A program made the position numbers and the translations under genes. Below the pieces are notes generated by a model. That model was not told the origin of the DNA, did no database searches, and saw only the letters and a list, made by a program, of their open reading frames with translations. DNA of 64,000 bases from Bryobacterales bacterium (lineage in GTDB: Bacteria; Acidobacteriota; Terriglobia; Bryobacterales; Bryobacteraceae). The stretch spans positions 178,851 to 242,850 of the forward strand of contig CAWIJJ010000007.1 of the NCBI GenBank assembly GCA_963836425.1. The letters are read 5' to 3'. Below are positions 27,881 to 37,700 of this stretch, one piece after another (position 1 is the stretch's first letter; each line of letters starts with the position of its first letter).

Positions 27881-29815
27881 AACGTGGACTCCTGATGCTG
27901 CTTGCGGTACTTGTGCTGACCGTGCCGCTGGAACTGCCGGGCTGCGGCGGCGGGCCCGCCCAGGCCCTCTTCGTTTTGTCAGGGGGGCCCGAAAACGCAG
28001 AGGAATTCGCCGCCGGGCAGTTGGGTGTGTTGCGCCCCAGCTATCGCCCGCGCTACCTCGTCATCGCGTACCGCTACCTGACCGGTGTGGGTTTGAACGA
28101 GAAGGAACGGGAAGCCATTTTCGCTCCCATGGAAACGGCGGGCGACGCCCAGCCGTGGAACAAAGCCCGGGCGGCGCTGGCTTTGCCTGCTGCGCCTCCG
28201 GCGGAGGGGTACCTGCCGGTGAGCGCCGAGGGCTATCTCCAGATTCAACTCAATTGCGGATCCGATGCCTTCCGCACCGCCGCGCTCACCTTGCAGGACC
28301 GCGAGCGCCGTTTCGGATCCTCGAGCCCGCTGTTCCGCGACTGGGTGCAGGCGCAGGATATGGTGTTTTCCAATTGCGCCGGCCCCGGATCCATTCCGCA
28401 GCCCGCATCGGAAGCGGACCTGCGCGCCGATCGCGAATACCAGATCGCCGCCGCCAAATTCTACGCGCGCCGGTTCGATGAGGCCCGCGCGGATTTCGAG
28501 CGCATCGCCCAGGACCCCGAATCGCCGTGGAGAAACAGCGCGCCCTATCTGGCGGCGCGTTGCCTGATCCGCGACGGGAAATTAACCGAAGCCGAAGAAC
28601 GCCTCGAGCTCATCAGGAACGACCCGTCTCTTGCGGCCTGGCACGAACCCGCCCGCCGGCTTCGTAACTTCGTCGTGATGCGAACGCGGCCGGCCGAACG
28701 CCTCCACGAACTGGCCGAAGCCCTGGTGCGCCCCGGCTCGGAACAGACCCTCGCGCAGGACCTGATCGACTACACCCGCGCCGGAGAAGCGAGCCCGCCG
28801 CGCACCGACGACCTCTCCGACTGGATCGCCGCCTTCCGCGCCGGCGACCACGAGCACGCGCTCGAGCGGTGGCGTTCGACCGGCAGCGTCGCCTGGCTGA
28901 TCGCGGCCCTCGACGGCACGCCCGCCCTGCTCGCCGAAGCGGCCAAAGTTCCGCCCGGCTCGCCGGCCTACGCCACCGTTTCCTACATGACGATACCTTT
29001 GCTGCCCGAGTCGCGAGGCGCGAAGCAAGGCAGACGCATTGTTGGGGATGAACCTGCCCGCCTCGGCGCACAACCTGTTTCTGGCGGAACGGATGCGGCT
29101 CGCGCGCGACTGGGCCGAGTTCGTCCGCTACGCGCCGCGCCGTCCCGTCGGAGTCTCCTGGTACGACGGCGAAGCCGCGGGCGCGCAGGCCGGAGAGTAC
29201 CTCGACCGCGATTCCGCCGCGGTCATGAATCAATACGTTCCCCTCTCCCGGCTGAAGCAGGCCGCGACTGCCAAATGGTTGCCCGAAAACGTACGGCGGG
29301 AATTGGGACGGACGGCATACGCGCGCGGCGTGGTGCTGGCCGCGTCGCCCGCTTTCGCGGATGTGCTCAACCTGCTGCGGTCTCCGGGCCTCAGCCCGTG
29401 GGTGCGGCAGGGTTTCGGCCGCCAGTCCGATCCGTTCGGGAACAGCGGCGTCAAGAACATACCAGGCAGGCTGGATCCGTTTCGCGACAACTGGTGGAAT
29501 CCGGCCGAACCCGCGGCGGCCGAGGTGCCCGAATTCCTGAGCGCGGCCGAGCGGCGCCGGGCCGCACTCGAATGGGAGAAGCTGAAGCGACTGCCTCCGG
29601 CGGTGAACTGGCTGGGCGCGCAGACACTGGCCTGGGCGGTTGCCCATCCCGAAGATCCGCAGGTTCCCGAGGCGCTGCACCTGGTGGTGCGGGCCTCCCA
29701 CTATGGGCCCAAGGACGAGCAGAGCGGCAACTTCTCACGGCGCGCGTTCGAACTTCTTCACCGCCGGTATCCAACCTCGGAATGGACGGCGAAGACGCCC
29801 TACTGGTACCAGTGA
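27871..29815 (+). pseudogene. hypothetical lipoprotein (helical-repeat-like), interrupted by one apparent +1 frameshift
   Basis: Signal peptide with lipobox-like LELPGC. Track ORF 27871..29847 turns into Arg-rich nonsense after ...SPAYATVSYMTIPLL. The sensible continuation (...SREARSKADALLGMNLPASAHNLFLAERMRLARDW...TSEWTAKTPYWYQ) lies in the +1 frame (track ORF 29039..29815). The junction is about 28,991-29,012. Confidence 0.65.
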
Positions 29816-29816
29816 A

Positions 29817-30150
29817 AATCGCCGTGCGGGCAGCAGGCCGCCAATGATTGGCGGTTTGGGCAATTTCGGCCAAGAAAACAAAGCACTTGCGAGACGCAGC
29901 CCGCCAATGTTGGCGGTTACCGCCGTCCAAACCGCCGCGGAATGCTCCGCGGCCTGGGGGCGGGCGACGGCTGGCGCCACGGTGAATTGGCGATGAGAAT
30001 TGCCGTGTGGGCCGCAAACCGCCAATGTTGGCGGTCTGCCTGGATTCAGCCGTTGAAAGCACGCCACTTAGCGTAGGTAGGCCGCCAATGTTGGCGGTTA
30101 CCGCCGTCCGAACCGCCGCGGAATGCTCCGCGGCATGGGGGCCGGACGGG
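29817..30150. repeat. diverged tandem duplication (~181-bp period) of a REP-like element containing two GC-rich hairpins
   Basis: CCGCCAA-TG(A)-TTGGCGG occurs at 29838-29854, 29901-29916, 30019-30034 and 30082-30097. The long motif CCGCCAATGTTGGCGGTTACCGCCGTCCRAACCGCCGCGGAATGCTCCGCGGC occurs at 29901-29953 and 30082-30134, and contains a second hairpin GCCGCGGA-ATGC-TCCGCGGC. The unit starts AAT(C/T)GCCGTG(C/T)GGGC recur at about 29817 and about 29998. Confidence 0.85.
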
Positions 30151-31570
30151 GTCGCGGCGGGGCGGCCCTGGGCGCGCTGCCGCTGCCGAAGCGCTGCGGG
30201 TTGCGATCCACGTTCGGATTGCGCGCGGCCGGGGTCGAGAATTCCGAATCCCGGTAGGAGCCGGGCTTGCTCGCGTACTTGGAATCTTTGAAACCGCCGT
30301 TGCGGTCGAAGGTGCTGCCGGAATAGCGCTGCTGGGTGGTTGCGCTGCCGGTGCCGTACTGCGGGCGGCTGCTCTGCTGGCCGTAGTAGGTCTGGTTGCG
30401 CTCGCGCGAGGTGCGGTAGCCTTCCCAATCGCCGCGGTCCACGGGGCGGTAGTCGCGGTTGAAGAGGAGGTCGCGAAGCAGCGCGTATTGTCCGTAGAAG
30501 ACCCAGAAATCGCGCCCGTCGCGGCGATCCCAATAACCGTACTGGTTGCGCTGGCCGGGCGGCGCGACGTAGGCGAAGCCCGCGGGCTGGGCGGTGCGCT
30601 CGGCTTCGGAATCGTATTTGCCGGAGCCCTTGTGCTCGATCGCCATCCCCAGGTTCGGCTTCATCGAGTCGAAGGCGGACCGGGAGACTTCCACCCACTG
30701 ATCGTCCGAAGTAGTCTTGCCGTCGCGGGTGGTGATGGTGCGGATCTTTTCGGCGCGCCGGCTCTGGTCGAGATCCACCAGCACCTTGTCCCACACGGTG
30801 TATAACTGACCGGTCAGGGCGGTGAGGGAGGCGGATTCCCGCGGCAGCCTGGCGGCGGAGTTGTGCAGCGTATCGGCGGCGGTGAGCAGGATGCCGAAAT
30901 CGAGGCCGTCGAAGTGCCCGGCGGCGGCCAGGCGGCGCTCGCCGGCCGACTTCTGCCACAGGTCCTCGCTTTGCGCAGCCGCGTTGCGCAAGGCGGCCAG
31001 CCGCGCTTCCAGGTCCGACTTTTTCTCCGGCCAATCGGTGGAAGCTTTCTGAACGGCAGTCGCTACCGGGGACAGATCGAAGGCGTGGACCGCGGCGTAA
31101 TCGCGCTCCATTTGAGCGAGCGTCTCGGGCAGGTTGCGCTTGAGTTCGACCCAATGCGCCGCCTGCTGCCGCACCGACGAAGCGCGGCGTTCGGCGGCGG
31201 TGCGCAAAGGCCGCTCGTGCGCGAGCAACGCTTCGGCGCGCGCGCGGTCCGCGCGGCGGTTCGCCTTTTCGAGCGCGGCAAGCTGTTGGACGTCCTGGCC
31301 GGCCGATGCGAGATCGGACGAAGCGGCGGCGAGGGCGGCGGGCCACCCGTCGTCGGCGGCGATGGAAGCGAACAGCGCGGGCTCGGCCTGGAGATCGCGG
31401 TTCACCTCTTCGCGTGCGGACGCGACGGCGGCCTGCGTGGAGGGATAGGCCGAGCGCTCGGCGGCAATCTGCGTCCGGACGGCGCGGGGCAGATTGTCCA
31501 GCCCGGCGAACGGAATGACGGCCATCAGCGTGCCGAGCAGCGCCGCCAGAAACTTCAAAGGACCCTTCAT
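30098..31570 (-). CDS. hypothetical exported protein, last gene of the PspA operon
   Basis: 490 aa. N-terminal signal/anchor MKGPLKFLAALLGTLMAVIPFAG. Long Ala/Arg/Glu-rich helical region. A conserved-looking core ...GFAYVAPPGQRNQYGYWDRRDGRDFWVFYGQYALLRDLLF. A Ser/Gly/Arg/Tyr-rich disordered tail. It starts 5 nt after the DUF4178-like gene stop. Confidence 0.7.
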   Translation of the reverse strand: MKGPLKFLAALLGTLMAVIPFAGLDNLPRAVRTQIAAERSAYPSTQAAVASAREEVNRDLQAEPALFASIAADDGWPAALAAASSDLASAGQDVQQLAALEKANRRADRARAEALLAHERPLRTAAERRASSVRQQAAHWVELKRNLPETLAQMERDYAAVHAFDLSPVATAVQKASTDWPEKKSDLEARLAALRNAAAQSEDLWQKSAGERRLAAAGHFDGLDFGILLTAADTLHNSAARLPRESASLTALTGQLYTVWDKVLVDLDQSRRAEKIRTITTRDGKTTSDDQWVEVSRSAFDSMKPNLGMAIEHKGSGKYDSEAERTAQPAGFAYVAPPGQRNQYGYWDRRDGRDFWVFYGQYALLRDLLFNRDYRPVDRGDWEGYRTSRERNQTYYGQQSSRPQYGTGSATTQQRYSGSTFDRNGGFKDSKYASKPGSYRDSEFSTPAARNPNVDRNPQRFGSGSAPRAAPPRPRPAPMPRSIPRRFGRR

Positions 31571-31575
31571 TTTTG

Positions 31576-32214
31576 TTACACCTTGTCGCGGTAGATCGTG
31601 ACGTCCCCGGTGGCGACACCGTGGTACATGGTCACCGCGAACGGTTCTCCCTCGGCCTTGCGAATGGCCAGCAGGCCGCGGCCCTTCTCTTCGCGGAACT
31701 CCCAGTAGTAGAAGCGGAGCGGCTGCGGCTGGTCATCGCGCCTGGCCTGGCCTTCCCGGCTCAGGCGGTATAGCCAGATCTTGCCGTCGAACTCGAAAGA
31801 GTCGCCGGTATTCTGGCGTTCGTCCATCTGGGCGAGGTCGTCTTCGGAAACCCCCAGATCCTCGATGGTGAGGACGCGCGGGTCGGTTTGCACGGCCACG
31901 TCTACCTGCTCTTCGTTGGCCACGCGCAGGGCGGCGCGGCGTTCGCGATAGGGACCGCTGATCTCCGTCCAGGCGCGCGAGCCGGCCTGGTAGGAGGTGG
32001 TGCGGTCGGCCGTGAAATCGAGATCCGTCATCTCGTCACCCGCGCCGGAAACGGAAATCACGTCGCCGGTGCGGGCCTGGGTCGGTTTGAGGTTGGCGAG
32101 ATCGGGCAGCGGCAATCCCTTGGCCGCCGGCGCAGCGGGTTTCTTCTTGAATATCTGCACCAGCACGAGCACCAGGAGAATGGCGAGCGCGATTTCGGTG
32201 CCAAAGGTAATCAT
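31576..32214 (-). CDS. membrane-anchored DUF4178/YjfK-like protein
   Basis: MITFGTEIALAILLVLVLVQIF is a TM helix, followed by a beta-rich domain (...GDVISVSG...WTEISGPY..., ...FEFDGKIWLYRLS...YYWEF...). Start moved to the ATG at 32214, 4 nt after the pspA stop. The track ORF 31576..32439 over-extends into pspA. Confidence 0.55.
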   Translation of the reverse strand: MITFGTEIALAILLVLVLVQIFKKKPAAPAAKGLPLPDLANLKPTQARTGDVISVSGAGDEMTDLDFTADRTTSYQAGSRAWTEISGPYRERRAALRVANEEQVDVAVQTDPRVLTIEDLGVSEDDLAQMDERQNTGDSFEFDGKIWLYRLSREGQARRDDQPQPLRFYYWEFREEKGRGLLAIRKAEGEPFAVTMYHGVATGDVTIYRDKV

Positions 32215-32218
32215 CGGA

Positions 32219-32983
32219 TTAGGCGTTGTTGGCTTTGATCCCGCCGGGCGCCGGAAGTTCCTTGGGCATGGACGGCGGTGCCGGCCTGGGTTTGGATAGA
32301 AGGCGCTCGGACTTGAGCGCCTCGAGTTCGGCATCCACGCTCTTGCCGCCAAGCTGGGCAAACTGTTTTTCGAGGTCGTCGTCCTTGCCGGCGCTGGCAA
32401 GCTGGTCAAAGGCCTGCGCGGTGGCCTCTTCCTTGGCAACGGTTTCCTGGAAGCGGTTCAGGGCGGCGAAGGCGTTGTCGGCGTTGCCCACTCCGGCCAT
32501 GGCTTCGGCCACTTTGCGCTGGGCGGTCGCGGCGTTTTTGCGCGCCACCAGGGTCATCGCCGTGCGCTCGCCCTCTTCGATTTTCCGCTTGAGCTCCTGC
32601 ACCTGCGACTTCAGCTTCTCGCTGGTGGTGCGGGCCTGCTCGACGGCGGATTGCATGGAAGTAACCTGCTGGTCCGACTCGCCCTTGCGGGCCAGCGCGC
32701 GGCGGGCGAGATCTTCGTTGCCGGCGTCGAGCGCGAGGGCGGCGCGATCCTTCCATTCCTGCGACTGCCGCACGTACTTCTGGTATTCGGCGTCCAGGCG
32801 GTTGTAATTGCTCATGGCCACGGCGGAGGCGCGCACCACGTTGACGAGCTCGGTTTTCATGTCGGCCACCGTCTGCTTCACGGTGGCTTCGAAGTTGGCG
32901 TCCTCGATGGCGTCGATGCCCTGGTTCGCGCGTCCGCGCACAACCCGGCCCATGCGGCTGAATATATCCGATAGAAATGCCAT
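32219..32983 (-). CDS. pspA: PspA/IM30 (phage-shock protein A / Vipp1) family protein
   Basis: MAFLSDIFSRMGRVVRGRANQGIDAIEDANFEATVKQTVADMKTELVNV... The sequence is coiled coil almost throughout, with ...ARRALARKGE...LKSQVQELKRKIEE...ARKNAATAQRKV..., all typical of PspA/IM30. Confidence 0.9.
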   Translation of the reverse strand: MAFLSDIFSRMGRVVRGRANQGIDAIEDANFEATVKQTVADMKTELVNVVRASAVAMSNYNRLDAEYQKYVRQSQEWKDRAALALDAGNEDLARRALARKGESDQQVTSMQSAVEQARTTSEKLKSQVQELKRKIEEGERTAMTLVARKNAATAQRKVAEAMAGVGNADNAFAALNRFQETVAKEEATAQAFDQLASAGKDDDLEKQFAQLGGKSVDAELEALKSERLLSKPRPAPPSMPKELPAPGGIKANNA

Positions 32984-32996
32984 TGTTTCTGCTCCG

Positions 32997-33416
32997 TTAC
33001 TTTCCGAGATCGCCCACCAGCGAGGCGGCGCTGATCACATCCACCAGCAGGAAATGCACGCAGGAAAGAATGTCGTCCTGGTCGTCGGCGCCCAGGTCCT
33101 GCAATTTGCAGAAATTGTTGAGGGTCACCGCCGCCTGGCCGGACCCGGCGTCGTAGAGCTGGAAGTAAGAGGTGGAAATGCCGTTGCCGGCATCGAGCAT
33201 CTTCTCCATGATGGGCGGCGTGATGGCGGATCTGGGGACCACGACACAGACTACGGAAAAGTACAGGATGTCCCCTTCCAGCACCACCTGGATGGCGACG
33301 CCGCTTTCCGGCTCCCGGAGTTTCAGCGAGTCGGGCGCCGTCTCGGAGATTTCGTATCCCTTCTCCGCCAGGAGTGCCTGGATTTGCCCGATTTGCGGGC
33401 TGGTTGTGGCTGTCAT
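32997..33416 (-). CDS. small cytoplasmic YjfI/YbjN-like (type III secretion chaperone-fold) protein, first gene of the PspA operon
   Basis: 139 aa from the ATG at 33416 (MTATTSPQIGQIQALLAEKGYEISE...VVLEGDILYFSVVCVVVP...). The size, acidic character and alternating beta/alpha pattern resemble the DUF2170/YbjN-type proteins that precede yjfJ-type pspA genes. The assignment is tentative. Confidence 0.4.
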   Translation of the reverse strand: MTATTSPQIGQIQALLAEKGYEISETAPDSLKLREPESGVAIQVVLEGDILYFSVVCVVVPRSAITPPIMEKMLDAGNGISTSYFQLYDAGSGQAAVTLNNFCKLQDLGADDQDDILSCVHFLLVDVISAASLVGDLGK

Positions 33417-33556
33417 AGGTATGGAACGCTCTCTTTCATGGTACGCGCGCCCGGCGGCGGTTGTTCCGCGAATCGGCACGGCGGCGTGGATTCCGCGTCA
33501 CCATTCTAGCTGCCGCGGGAGCCGGTGAGAAGCGGCGCGCGTGGCATAATCCGAGT

Positions 33557-34249
33557 ATGCAAATCACGTGGCTGGGGCACGGGACGTTCGAGTTCCGGCT
33601 GCCCTCCGGACAAGTCATCGTCATGGACCCGTGGACGGATGGCAACCCGGTCTACCCCAAGGGACACACCATTGAACGCGTGGACACGATCTGCATCACG
33701 CACGGCCATTTCGATCATATTCACGACGCGGTGCCGCTGGCGAAGAAGTTTACCCCGGAAGTGGCGGCGATTTTCGAAACCTGCACCTGGCTCGAAAGTA
33801 AGGGCGTGGCCAACACGCGCCCGATGAACAAAGGCGGGTCGCAGAAGCTGGGCGAAGTTACGGTGACCATGACCCACGCCGTGCACAGTTGCGGCATCAC
33901 CGATGGCGACCGGATTGTGTACGGCGGCGAAGCGGCAGGCTACGTGATGACGTTCGGGGACGGGCGGAAGCTGTACTTTTCCGGCGACACCAACGTGTTT
34001 TCGGACATGGCGCTGATCGAGCAGCTTTATCAGCCGGAACTCGCATTTCTGCCGATCGGCGACCTGTTCACGATGAGCCCGCACGAAGCGGCGCTGGCCT
34101 GCCGGCTGCTGAAGCCGAAGAAGGTCATCCCGATGCATTTCGGCACGTTCCCGCCGCTCACCGGGCGGCCGGAAGCGTTGCGCGAGCGGATCAAAGATAC
34201 GGGCATCGAGGTGTGGGCGCTCGAGCCCGGCAAAACCGTGGAGTGGTGA
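33557..34249 (+). CDS. UPF0173-type metal-dependent hydrolase (metallo-beta-lactamase fold)
   Basis: MQITWLGHGTFEF...VDTICITHGHFDHI (HxHxDH motif) ...FSGDT...IPMHFGTF. Start moved to the ATG at 33557. Confidence 0.8.
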   Translation: MQITWLGHGTFEFRLPSGQVIVMDPWTDGNPVYPKGHTIERVDTICITHGHFDHIHDAVPLAKKFTPEVAAIFETCTWLESKGVANTRPMNKGGSQKLGEVTVTMTHAVHSCGITDGDRIVYGGEAAGYVMTFGDGRKLYFSGDTNVFSDMALIEQLYQPELAFLPIGDLFTMSPHEAALACRLLKPKKVIPMHFGTFPPLTGRPEALRERIKDTGIEVWALEPGKTVEW

Positions 34250-34256
34250 TTTTCGT

Positions 34257-34718
34257 TTAGCGCGAGACGATCCAGAACGCGGCGATGACGGCGATGGCGT
34301 CTTCGAGCAGCGCGATGGGCAGGTCTTTGCCGCCGGTGGCTTTTACCAGGCGGCTGCGGAATTCGTAGCCGCCGAGCGTGCCCGCGACGGCGCCCAGCGC
34401 TCCCACGATCGCACCGGCGACCATGAATCCCGCGGGCAGTCCCAAGGCGCCGCCACAGAACGCGCCGACTGCGATGCGCGCGCCGAAGGGAAGCGGCGCT
34501 TTGCGGCTCGGCGTCTTCGGCAGCTTGTCATTGATCAGCTCGCCGAGGGCAAGAACGGTAAAGATGTAAGGTGCGGCCGCGTACCCCAGGAACGCGAGCA
34601 CCGTGTTTTCGAGGTGCAGCCAGCCCAGGCGCGCGGCCCAGCTTACGGCCGCGAGCGGGGTCATGCTACGCAGCCCGGCTACCACACCAAGCAGGAAACC
34701 CAGCAGAAGTGTCGGCAT
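34257..34718 (-). CDS. DUF4126-like integral membrane protein
   Basis: 153 aa, four Gly/Ala-rich TM helices (LLLGFLLGVVAGLRSMTPLAAVSWA..., ...LGELINDKLPKTPSR...). Confidence 0.6.
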   Translation of the reverse strand: MPTLLLGFLLGVVAGLRSMTPLAAVSWAARLGWLHLENTVLAFLGYAAAPYIFTVLALGELINDKLPKTPSRKAPLPFGARIAVGAFCGGALGLPAGFMVAGAIVGALGAVAGTLGGYEFRSRLVKATGGKDLPIALLEDAIAVIAAFWIVSR

Positions 34719-34764
34719 GGTTTCCTATTGCATCACATGCGGGTTCCGGTAGCATGGAAAGAGT

Positions 34765-37700
34765 TTGTCTCAAAACGCGAGCGACGTCCTCAGCCTGTTT
34801 CAAGCGCCGGTGCGCGGCTGGTTCGAAGCGGTATTTCCCGCTCCGACGCGGCCGCAGAGCCTGGGCTGGCCGTCCATCGCGCGCGGCGAGTCCACCCTGA
34901 TCCTGGCGCCCACGGGCACGGGAAAGACGCTGGCAGCGTTTCTTTCCTGCCTCGACCGGCTGATGTTCGCGCCGCCGCCCGCGCCCGACCGCCGCTGCCG
35001 CGTGCTCTACATTTCGCCGATCAAAGCGCTGGCCGTGGACGTGGAGCGCAATTTGCGCGCGCCGCTCGCCGGGATCGCGCAGGAGGCGCGGCGCCTGGGC
35101 GTGGAGTTTCACGAACCGGCGGCGGCCATCCGGACGGGCGACACGCCATCGGCGGAGCGGGCGCGCTTCTCGCGGCACCCGTCCGACATCCTGATCACAA
35201 CGCCCGAATCGATTTACCTGCTGCTCACCTCGAATGCGCGCGAGGCGCTGCGGTCCATCGAAACGGTGGTGATCGATGAAATTCACGCGCTGGTTCCGGT
35301 GAAGCGCGGGTCGCACCTGGCGCTCTCGCTCGAACGGCTGGAACACCTGTGCGGGCGCAGGCTGCAACGCATCGGCTTGTCGGCGACGCAGCGGCCGCTC
35401 GACGAGGTGGCGCGATTTCTGGGGGGAGCGGAGGAGGCGCCGGAAGCCGAGCCGCCGCGCTACCGGCCGGTGACCATCGTGGACGCGGGCGAGCCGAAGC
35501 GGCTGGACCTGCGCATCGAAGTGCCGCTCGAAGACATGTCGCGGCTGGACGAACTGGACGAACTGCCGAGCGGCCCGGCGTCGCAGGGTCCGGTGCGGCC
35601 GTCCATCTGGAGCGCGATTCATCCCAGGCTGCTCGAAGCGGTGCGGGCGCACCGTTCGACGCTGATCTTCGTCAACAGCCGGCGCCTCGCGGAGCGCATT
35701 TCGGGAGCGGTGAACGATCTGGCTGGGGAGACGCTGGTGCGCGCGCATCACGGCAGCGTGGCGGCGCCGCAGCGCAAGGACATCGAGGACCGGCTGAAGA
35801 TGGGCACGCTGCGCGGGCTGGTGGCCACTTCGTCGCTCGAACTCGGCATCGACATGGGGGCCATCGACCTGGTGATCCAGATCGAAGCGCCGCCCTCGGT
35901 GACGAGCGGAATGCAGCGCGTGGGCCGCGGCAGCCACCGCGTGGGGGGCACCAGCGAGGCCGTGATTTACCCGAAATTCCGCGGCGACCTGGTGGCCTGC
36001 GCGGCCATCACGCGCGCCATGTACGAAGGCAAGGTGGAGGCGGCGCATTATCCGCGCAATCCGCTGGACGTGCTGGCGCAGCAGTTGGTGGCCATGGTGG
36101 CGATGGAGCCGTGGAGCGCGCCGGACCTGCTGGCGGCGGTGCGGAAGGCGGCGCCGTTCACCGGCCTGGCACGCACCACTTTCGAAAGCGTGCTGGATAT
36201 GCTGTCCGGCCGCTACCCTTCCGACGAATTCGTGGAACTGCGGCCGCGCATCACCTGGGATCGCGGGGCGAACCGGCTGACGGCGCGGCAGGGCGCGGGC
36301 CGCGTGGCCATCACGAACGGCGGCACGATTCCGGACCGTGGGCTGTACGGCGTGTTTCTGGCGGGCGCAACGAAGGGTGCGCGAGTGGGCGAACTGGACG
36401 AGGAGATGGTGTTCGAGAGCCGCGCCGGGGACACGATCATCCTGGGCGCTACGACGTGGCGGATCGACGACATCGCGCGCGACCGGGTAGTGGTTTCGCC
36501 CGCGCCGGGCGAGCCGGGGCGCATGCCGTTCTGGAAGGGCGACAATCCGGGCAGGCCCGCGGAGTTCGGGCGGCAGATCGGGGAAATGACGCGCGAACTG
36601 CTGGAGATGCCCCGGCCGGTGGCGTACGCGCGGCTGGTGGAGCAGCACAGCCTGAATGCCAACGCCGCCGAGAACCTGCTGCGCTACCTCGAAGAGCAGC
36701 AGGCCGCGGCGCACCGCGTGCCGAGCGACCGCGACATCCTGGTGGAACGCTACCGGGACGAACTGGGGGACTGGCGGATCTGCGTGCTCTCGCCGTTCGG
36801 CAGCCGGGTGCACGCGCCCTGGTGCATGGCGGTGACGGGGAGGCTGCGCGCCGAGCGCGGCCTTGACGTGGAATCGATGTGGACCGACGACGGCTTCGTG
36901 CTGCGGCTGCCGGATTCCGAACAGCCGCTTGAAACCGAGTGGCTGCTGCTGCGGCCTGCCGAACTCAGGGACCTGGTGACGCGGCAACTGGGCAGCACGT
37001 CGCTGTTCGCGGCGAAATTCCGCGAAGCCGCGGGGCGCGCGCTGTTGCTGCCGAGGCGGCGCCCGGGTATGCGCACGCCGCTGTGGCAGCAGCGCAAGCG
37101 GGCCGCGGACCTGCTGGCGGTGGCGTCGCGATATCCGGCGTTCCCGATCGTGCTCGAGTCCTACCGGGAGTGCCTCAGCGACGTGTTCGACCTGGCGTGC
37201 CGCGGCCGAAGTGCTGCGCGGCATCGAACACGGCCGGGTGCGGGTGACCACGCACGATTCGCAGAAGCCGTCGCCGTTCGCGTCGGCGCTGCTGTTCGGC
37301 TACATCGCCAATTACATTTATGATGGCGACGCGCCGCTGGCGGAACGGCGCGCGCAGGCGCTGGCCATCGACCAGTCGCAGCTCGAGGAGATTCTGGGCA
37401 GCACGGATCTGCGCGAGTTGCTGGACAAGGCGGCGATCGAAGAAGTGGAGTCGCAGCTTCAGGCCACGGATCCGGATTACCAGGCGCGGCATGCGGACGC
37501 GGTGCACGACCTGCTGCTGAAGCTGGGAGACCTGACGGCGGAGGAGATCCGCGCGCGCAGCGCCAACGAAGTGGCGGCATCGGCGGTACAGGAACTGGCG
37601 GCGTCGCGGCGGGCGGTGCGGGTGCGGATTGCGGGGGAGGCGCGGTACATCCCGGCGGAGTACGCGGCCCGGTATCGCGACGGGCTGGGCACGCCGCTGC

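Noticed and set aside
29838-30097. Four regularly reappearing palindromes that could be mistaken for a mini-CRISPR array.
   Set aside because: There are only four copies of a 16-17-nt palindrome, at alternating spacings of about 63 and about 118 nt. The sequences between them are themselves duplicated (a tandem 181-bp unit) rather than unique spacers. No cas genes or leader are present.
29640-30291. Track ORFs 29640..29996(+), 29735..30067(-) and 30007..30291(+) spanning the repeat region.
   Set aside because: Their translations simply repeat the peptide image of the DNA repeat (PPMLAVTAV.TAAECSAAWG). They have no start context, and they overlap each other on both strands.
33417-33556. Sigma54 (TGGCAC-N5-TTGC) promoter upstream of the PspA operon, as in PspF-dependent enterobacterial psp operons.
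   Set aside because: There is no acceptable -24/-12 element on the minus strand of the divergent intergenic region, and no PspF-like enhancer-binding protein is encoded nearby.
34666-37251. 861-aa minus-strand ORF antisense to lhr. Similar very long shadow ORFs include 741..2096(+), 6461..8050(-), 13833..15329(+), 44302..45972(+), 53058..54968(+), 55233..57329(+) and 55933..57663(-).
   Set aside because: Their translations are Arg/Pro/Gly/His/Ala-rich low-complexity strings with no motifs. They lie opposite to, or out of frame with, genes that have unmistakable family signatures. Long spurious ORFs are expected in GC-rich DNA because stop codons are AT-rich.
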